Virus record (IMG/VR): IMGVR_UViG_3300036713_000486
Coordinates: 1-51,276 of that record
Reading direction: 5' to 3' (one strand)
DNA: 51,276 bases
Source of the DNA: a virus
Lineage: Duplodnaviria > Caudoviricetes
Shown here: positions 46,446 through 51,276 of the stretch, in pieces
Numbering within the stretch: position 1 is the stretch's first letter
Layout: each line of letters starts with the position of its first letter
Made by a program: the position numbers and the translations under genes
The notes under the pieces: model-generated
Databases searched by the model: none
The model's input: only the letters and a program-made list of their open reading frames with translations
What the model was told of the DNA's origin: nothing

Positions 46446-46960
46446 TGGGAGGACTTTTTACACAAGACGAGCGGGATGAGTTGCGGAAGACGTTGGGTGA
46501 GGAACTTCGAGTGCTGGGGTTACTCGATCTACCACGCGATGATAGGCAACCATACCCTATAGATTTCGATGCTGAAAAACAACTAATCGCGATGGCACGC
46601 GAGGGTTGTGTAGTTAATGTAAGCCCTAAGGAATTCGGGTGCAGTTTCTACGCGATGATCTTCTTATTCCTGAAAACTTGTTGGCAGAACAATAAACCTC
46701 CTACCCATAATCGGATGTGCTGGTTACTTCAAAACGATGGTTGGCCTGCTAGTATTGAAGGAGAGGTGAGCCAGCTTCTTGACCACACACCAATATTCAT
46801 GACTCCGAATGTCGCGGCGCGCAGAGTTCGTGAAGCGTATCGACGCAGAATGATGCTTGACAGAGTTGTGGAGATGGATATATTGCTCAGGGACACGTCG
46901 TCTACCAACGAGATGATTGGGTTGTCACTTCAAAAACTAGTGGAGGCGGCGCGTGGGTAA
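46445..46960 (+). CDS. DnaB N-terminal domain-like protein
   Basis: DAEKQLI...SPKEF...IF...PPT...HTP...AARRVREAYRRR follows the DnaB NTD pattern. Confidence 0.65.
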   Translation: MGGLFTQDERDELRKTLGEELRVLGLLDLPRDDRQPYPIDFDAEKQLIAMAREGCVVNVSPKEFGCSFYAMIFLFLKTCWQNNKPPTHNRMCWLLQNDGWPASIEGEVSQLLDHTPIFMTPNVAARRVREAYRRRMMLDRVVEMDILLRDTSSTNEMIGLSLQKLVEAARG

Positions 46961-47990
46961 GATTGTTGACCTTGACCAGCTACAGGAGGAGGCATCTAAG
47001 GCGATGGGCGCACCTCCAAAGGGGCTCTATGATCAGTATGAGGCTGGCGAGGAAGAACCACTGCCGGATGTCTATGCTAACCCAGAAGAAGATTTGAAGG
47101 CTGAGGAGACGATGTCGGACATGAAGTCCGCTCTTAAGTCTGCGTTCCTTGGTCTACAGGAGCGGTACGCTAGAGAGGATCGCCTGGCTGGGATAGAGAC
47201 AGGGTTTACTGAGTTGGACGATATAATTGACGGATGGCAACGTCAGACTGTTACATTGGTTGGTGCACGCTCTGGGATGGGAAAGTCATTCTTTGGGTTG
47301 AATCTTGGTCTTCAAATGGCCAGCCGTGGGCATATGGTGGATTATATAACCATAGAGATGCCTACCAAAAACCAATCAATGAGAGCAATGTTCTGCTGGT
47401 CTGGGGTTGAGTCAAATAAGATGAAGCTTAAGACGATGGGGCCTGATGATTGGAATAAATTGGTTGTCGCTATAAATCAAATGAGGGATTTCCCATGGCT
47501 TTGGGACGAACGTGGCTCAACAACCATTGATCAAATCAGACGGCAGATCCAGCTTGTGAAAGCTAAGGCTGTAGCGAATGGAAACACTCTACATACTGTA
47601 ATTGTAGATCATATTCTAAACATCCAAGGAAGTGTTGGAAAAAAAGATCGTCGTGAGCAGGTGCTTTATATCACTAATCAGCTTAAGGCTATCGCTAAAG
47701 CTGAGGATGTGTGCATGGTAGGGCTAACGCAGATCAATCGTGGGGTTGAAGGTCGAAAATGTAAACGCCCGACAATATCAGACTTGAAGGAGTCTGGCTC
47801 AAGTGAGGAAGATGCTGACAATATCCTACTCCTATACAGGGAAGATTACTACAAGAAAGACAAATCGTCGTGGAACCATATTTTGGAATGCGATGTAGCT
47901 AAGGTGCGTGAGGGAGAAACTGGTGTTGTCAAGTTCAGAGAAGATTTTGGCCGATGTAGGATAAGCCCAATTGTTGAGGAAGGTTTTTGA
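46953..47990 (+). CDS. dnaB: DnaB-like helicase, C-terminal ATPase domain only
   Basis: GIETGFTELD, GARSGMGKS, IEM, VIVDHI, TQINR, PTISDLKESGSSEEDAD, KVREGETG. Confidence 0.92.
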   Translation: MGKIVDLDQLQEEASKAMGAPPKGLYDQYEAGEEEPLPDVYANPEEDLKAEETMSDMKSALKSAFLGLQERYAREDRLAGIETGFTELDDIIDGWQRQTVTLVGARSGMGKSFFGLNLGLQMASRGHMVDYITIEMPTKNQSMRAMFCWSGVESNKMKLKTMGPDDWNKLVVAINQMRDFPWLWDERGSTTIDQIRRQIQLVKAKAVANGNTLHTVIVDHILNIQGSVGKKDRREQVLYITNQLKAIAKAEDVCMVGLTQINRGVEGRKCKRPTISDLKESGSSEEDADNILLLYREDYYKKDKSSWNHILECDVAKVREGETGVVKFREDFGRCRISPIVEEGF

Positions 47991-48430
47991 TGAAGCAAAT
48001 AAACATCCCTGGCACGAATGGTAAATGTGGAAGGGTTGCCGTCTCATACGAACTATCCTTGTATATCCCAGGGATAAAACTTGAGTCATTAAACACATCG
48101 TTTGGTGTGGCTTCAATGGGTGCTATGTTTGGGAGGAGAGCCAAAGCGAAGAAGCAACGGCATGGGGTTGCGATGGTGCTGCGTTCGGAATGGGGACAGC
48201 CACCTGATCCGCCACTTACAGTGACAATTACTCGGATCGCTCCAAGAAAACTCGACTGTGACAACCTTGTTGGGTCGGCCAAGGCGTGTAGGGATGGAGT
48301 CGCTGACTGGCTTGGGGTTGACGATCGAACAAGTCGTAGCGGAGTAGTATGGGCATATGACCAGGGGAAGAAGGGGAAGAAAGAGTATGGTGTAATTATC
48401 CATATTGATATGGGTAAAGAAGATGACTAA
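47987..48430 (+). CDS. RusA-like Holliday junction resolvase
   Basis: VTITRIAPRKLDCDNLVGSAKACRDGVADWLGVDD. Confidence 0.75.
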   Translation: MMKQINIPGTNGKCGRVAVSYELSLYIPGIKLESLNTSFGVASMGAMFGRRAKAKKQRHGVAMVLRSEWGQPPDPPLTVTITRIAPRKLDCDNLVGSAKACRDGVADWLGVDDRTSRSGVVWAYDQGKKGKKEYGVIIHIDMGKEDD

Positions 48431-48974
48431 ACGCCTCCTACTCCCAGACGATGAGAAGTTGCTAGCAAGATACTTCTCAGGTGCACTTGAGGCTGAGATG
48501 GGTGTGAGATCAACGTTAGGATCACAGATTGAGTCTCTCAAACGTGGTTTTGTAATATATTCTGATGGGTTCGAGATGGATGAAAGGTGCCTAGATGCCG
48601 CAAGGGACAGTAGGCGCGTTGGTGAAGTCTTGCATCGGCTTAAGCACAAGAGTCAGAAGGTCCTCCAACTATGGTATACCCCACAATTGACTAGGGAGTT
48701 GTGTGGGCCTATGAAAACTTTTGGTCCATACGGGCGCCTTGTTGTTTGGCAATGGAAGGAGCCGCTTGTTAAACTGGTAAAAATTTGTGAGATAGCTTCA
48801 AGGAAGAAGAAGAATTCGGATGTGCGTGCGGCGAAAGATAAAGTGTATAAGCTGCAGCACGAAGCTGAAAAACAGGTTCTTGCAGCTAGGCGAGAATATT
48901 CCGAGGTGTTGAAGCAATGGAGGATTTTACAAAAAACCATCAAGGAGAGAAAGAGGAGAACAGGTCAACTATGA
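48423..48974 (+). CDS. Hypothetical basic protein, possible late regulator
   Basis: Position after the RusA-like gene; VLHRL..KSQKVLQLWY. Confidence 0.45.
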   Translation: MTKRLLLPDDEKLLARYFSGALEAEMGVRSTLGSQIESLKRGFVIYSDGFEMDERCLDAARDSRRVGEVLHRLKHKSQKVLQLWYTPQLTRELCGPMKTFGPYGRLVVWQWKEPLVKLVKICEIASRKKKNSDVRAAKDKVYKLQHEAEKQVLAARREYSEVLKQWRILQKTIKERKRRTGQL

Positions 48975-49192
48975 AGCCATTAGGTCCAGTTTTCACCCCA
49001 GGTGACCTGGGTAAGGTGTTAGGTTGGACAACGCAGAAAACTAGACGGTTAATGAAAAGGATTGGGCTGGATATGAAAGGGACGAACGGTAGGTTCGTTA
49101 TTACATATGCAGACCTGATAGAACGAGCACCAGAGCTTTACCATAGCCTAACAATCATGGGTGCAATTCAAATAGGTGGAGAGGAAGATTGA
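48971..49192 (+). CDS. Small HTH protein
   Basis: FTPGDLGKVLGWTTQKTRRLMKR. Confidence 0.6.
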   Translation: MKPLGPVFTPGDLGKVLGWTTQKTRRLMKRIGLDMKGTNGRFVITYADLIERAPELYHSLTIMGAIQIGGEED

Positions 49193-49333
49193 TGTCGTAC
49201 GTATACCTTACAGCGTCTAACATGTTTGAACACATAACAGTGGTTCTCATTAGACTGGCTTCAGTAACAGCACGGATTAGTACATTTATAGCAGTAAAAG
49301 GTGCACTTAGGCTAATTTGTAAAGGAGGCAAAA

Positions 49334-49534
49334 ATGAGCGAAAATTACTGTAAAAAATGGATGACTGATACAGCGTACAGGATCGTTGTGCTGGTTGTTG
49401 ACGGCTGGGTACGTGACGCAGATGGTATGTGGTCAAAAATGGGAAAACCTCACTACAAGATAAAGGATGGTGAAGTTGTTGAAACCAGTGTGTGGACATT
49501 AGATGAGGCGTGGCAAGACTGTCGTTCAGGTTGA
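49334..49534 (+). CDS. Hypothetical protein
   Basis: RBS AAGGAGG. Confidence 0.55.
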   Translation: MSENYCKKWMTDTAYRIVVLVVDGWVRDADGMWSKMGKPHYKIKDGEVVETSVWTLDEAWQDCRSG

Positions 49535-49874
49535 AGTGTGTGATTGGTTTTGATTTATAAAGCTTTCGTTGGCTTGGATGGCATGTTATATTTTGGTTGA
49601 ATTTATGGTAACAAAGCACAATAAGAAAAAAACACGTAAACCATACTCGTTCGAGGAGAGCGATTTTGTCCCTAGCAATCCGATGCCGTGGATTCATGCT
49701 GGGGCTAAAGGTTGGACTTGTAAATGTGGATCGTTCCAAGCTTTAGATAACACAGTCCCATGGGAATGGTTTAAGGAGCATATGAAATGTGGAGAATTAG
49801 GCTAATGTTAGATATGTGTTATTTTAATATAAACGCAGAAACACTAAAGTGAATGGCGAAGAAAGGGCAGTAAG

Positions 49875-50213
49875 ATGGCGTTCAAATTGGTGTATGTTGC
49901 TGGGCCGTACCGAGGAAAGACGACATGGGATGTAGAAAGGAACATCCAGCGGGCTAGGGAGGTTGGTGCGTTGGTAGCCATTGCCGGGGCTATGCCAGTT
50001 ATTCCACACTCGAACACTTCTCACTTTGACGGTCTTGCTACAGAAGATTTTTGGATATCCGGCACGATGGAGATCATGAGGCGTTGCGACGCCGTGCTGA
50101 CCTTCGGCAATTGGCCCGAGTCGAATGGCACGCTTAGCGAAATTGCTGAGGCGCAACGGTTAGAGATCCCGGTTTTCCATATGATCGAAGACTTGGAAAG
50201 GTGGCTCTCGTGA
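49875..50213 (+). CDS. DUF4406/nucleoside deoxyribosyltransferase-fold protein
   Basis: VYVAGPY...PH...CDAV...W.ESNG...E...A...IPVF. Confidence 0.8.
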   Translation: MAFKLVYVAGPYRGKTTWDVERNIQRAREVGALVAIAGAMPVIPHSNTSHFDGLATEDFWISGTMEIMRRCDAVLTFGNWPESNGTLSEIAEAQRLEIPVFHMIEDLERWLS

Positions 50214-51276
50214 GCGAACCCATCCAATGGGATGTGATCGAAGGGGATTCGCGATATGCCATATCAAGTATCCCAGACAAGTCAGTCGATTCTGTCGTGA
50301 CAGACCCACCCTACGAGATCAGGTTTATGGGCCGTGGCTGGGACGACACCGGGATCGCATACGACGTAGATATGTGGCGCCAATGCTTGCGTGTCCTTAG
50401 GTCAGGTGGATATTTAGCAGCGTTCGGCAGCCCGCGAACATACCATCGTCTTGCTTGTGCGATCGAGGATGCTGGGTTCGAAATCCGTGATTCAATCCAC
50501 TGGATCTATGGGAGCGGGATGCCTCATTCCGCGAACGTTTCGAAACAAATCGACAAAAAAAATGGAACCACCAAGAATCGCGAGGTGATTCACGAATATA
50601 CTGCTGGAGGTAACGCCGGCACATCGTGTGCAGATAAAGGGGGAACCTACTCTGTTGGTGCAAAAAATTCGGCAGCGATCAAGCTAACGGTAGAGCGCGG
50701 CGGCTGTGAAGTGTCCAGAGCATGGGATGGCTGGGGAACATCGTTGAAGCCGTCACATGAAGCGATCGTTCTTGCGCGTAAGCCATTCAGTGGGGCAGTC
50801 GCTGCAAATGTGCTGAAACACGGCTGCGGGGCGATCAACGTTGATGCATGTCGAGTGGCGACCGACTGGGATGAGCCAGATAGACCGGCGTCGTGGGCTG
50901 GCAGCGGGCATTCTCAGAAGCCAGATGCGAGCAAAATTGCTGCACCGCCAGGCAATGGAATCCAGTGTCACCCAAGAGGGAGATGGCCAGCCAATGTTGT
51001 ATTTAGCGAGATTGAGCAATATGATCAATGTCCTGTGTCCGAATTGAGACGACAGAATGCAGGCTCGTTGAGGTATTTCCAGACATTCAAATACAGCAAA
51101 AAGTCGTCAAGAAAGGAGCGTGAGGCAGGGTGCGAAGGCCTGCCTGTCATGCCTAATGGGCGCAGAAACAACCATCCAACAGTCAAGCCGATCCAGATCA
51201 TGCGTTGGGTAGTGAAGCTAGTTACTCGGTCGGGTGGTGTAGTGTTAGATCCGTTTGTCGGAAGCGGAACTACAGG
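50210..51276 (+). CDS. N4/N6 DNA methyltransferase (beta class), cut by window end; not in ORF track
   Basis: Manual translation open to the end: VTDPPY, HPTVKP, VLDPFVGSGTT. Confidence 0.9.
   Translation, partial: MSEPIQWDVIEGDSRYAISSIPDKSVDSVVTDPPYEIRFMGRGWDDTGIAYDVDMWRQCLRVLRSGGYLAAFGSPRTYHRLACAIEDAGFEIRDSIHWIYGSGMPHSANVSKQIDKKNGTTKNREVIHEYTAGGNAGTSCADKGGTYSVGAKNSAAIKLTVERGGCEVSRAWDGWGTSLKPSHEAIVLARKPFSGAVAANVLKHGCGAINVDACRVATDWDEPDRPASWAGSGHSQKPDASKIAAPPGNGIQCHPRGRWPANVVFSEIEQYDQCPVSELRRQNAGSLRYFQTFKYSKKSSRKEREAGCEGLPVMPNGRRNNHPTVKPIQIMRWVVKLVTRSGGVVLDPFVGSGTT

Larger units (their letters stand above)
1..51276. mobile_element. Myovirus-type phage genome with Mu-like head genes, near complete
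   Basis: Full terminase-portal-capsid-sheath-baseplate gene order plus replication and recombination modules; no host housekeeping genes seen. Confidence 0.95.

Noticed and set aside
50210-51276. Pseudogene or non-coding end region
   Set aside because: The frame is open to the window edge; the small ORFs called there are shadows
51200-51276. Circular join or terminal repeat with position 1
   Set aside because: No meaningful overlap, and joining does not supply the missing MTase C-terminus

Overview
The window is a near-complete genome of a tailed phage with a contractile tail (myovirus) and a Mu-like head module, using the standard genetic code. Positions 536-31618 (+) form the packaging, head, tail and putative lysis operon: TerS, an intein-containing TerL, DUF935-like portal, gpF-like protein, protease/scaffold, major capsid protein, neck, sheath, tube, frameshifted chaperone, tape measure, baseplate, several fibre/LamG genes, an M23 peptidase, membrane proteins, lipoproteins and a papain-like protease. 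Positions 31625-42494 (-) form an early operon: Gly-repeat paralogs, a putative recombinase, SbcD, SbcC, pyrophosphatases, a Dam-like MTase, a sigma70 factor and a CHAP-like protein. Positions 42621-51276 (+) cover replication and DNA metabolism: two RHH regulators, an initiator with iteron-like repeats, ThyX, a split DnaB, a RusA-like nuclease and an MTase cut by the window end. I saw no integrase, tRNA, CRISPR array or reverse transcriptase. The best candidate for an undescribed system is a three-gene cassette inserted between portal and gpF: a 46-aa basic peptide ending GGGSKG (missed by the ORF track), a PP-loop/PAPS-reductase-like ATPase and a ParB/Srx protein. It may be a peptide adenylation/conjugation or DNA-modification system. 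All family assignments come from reading motifs by eye; no database searches were run.
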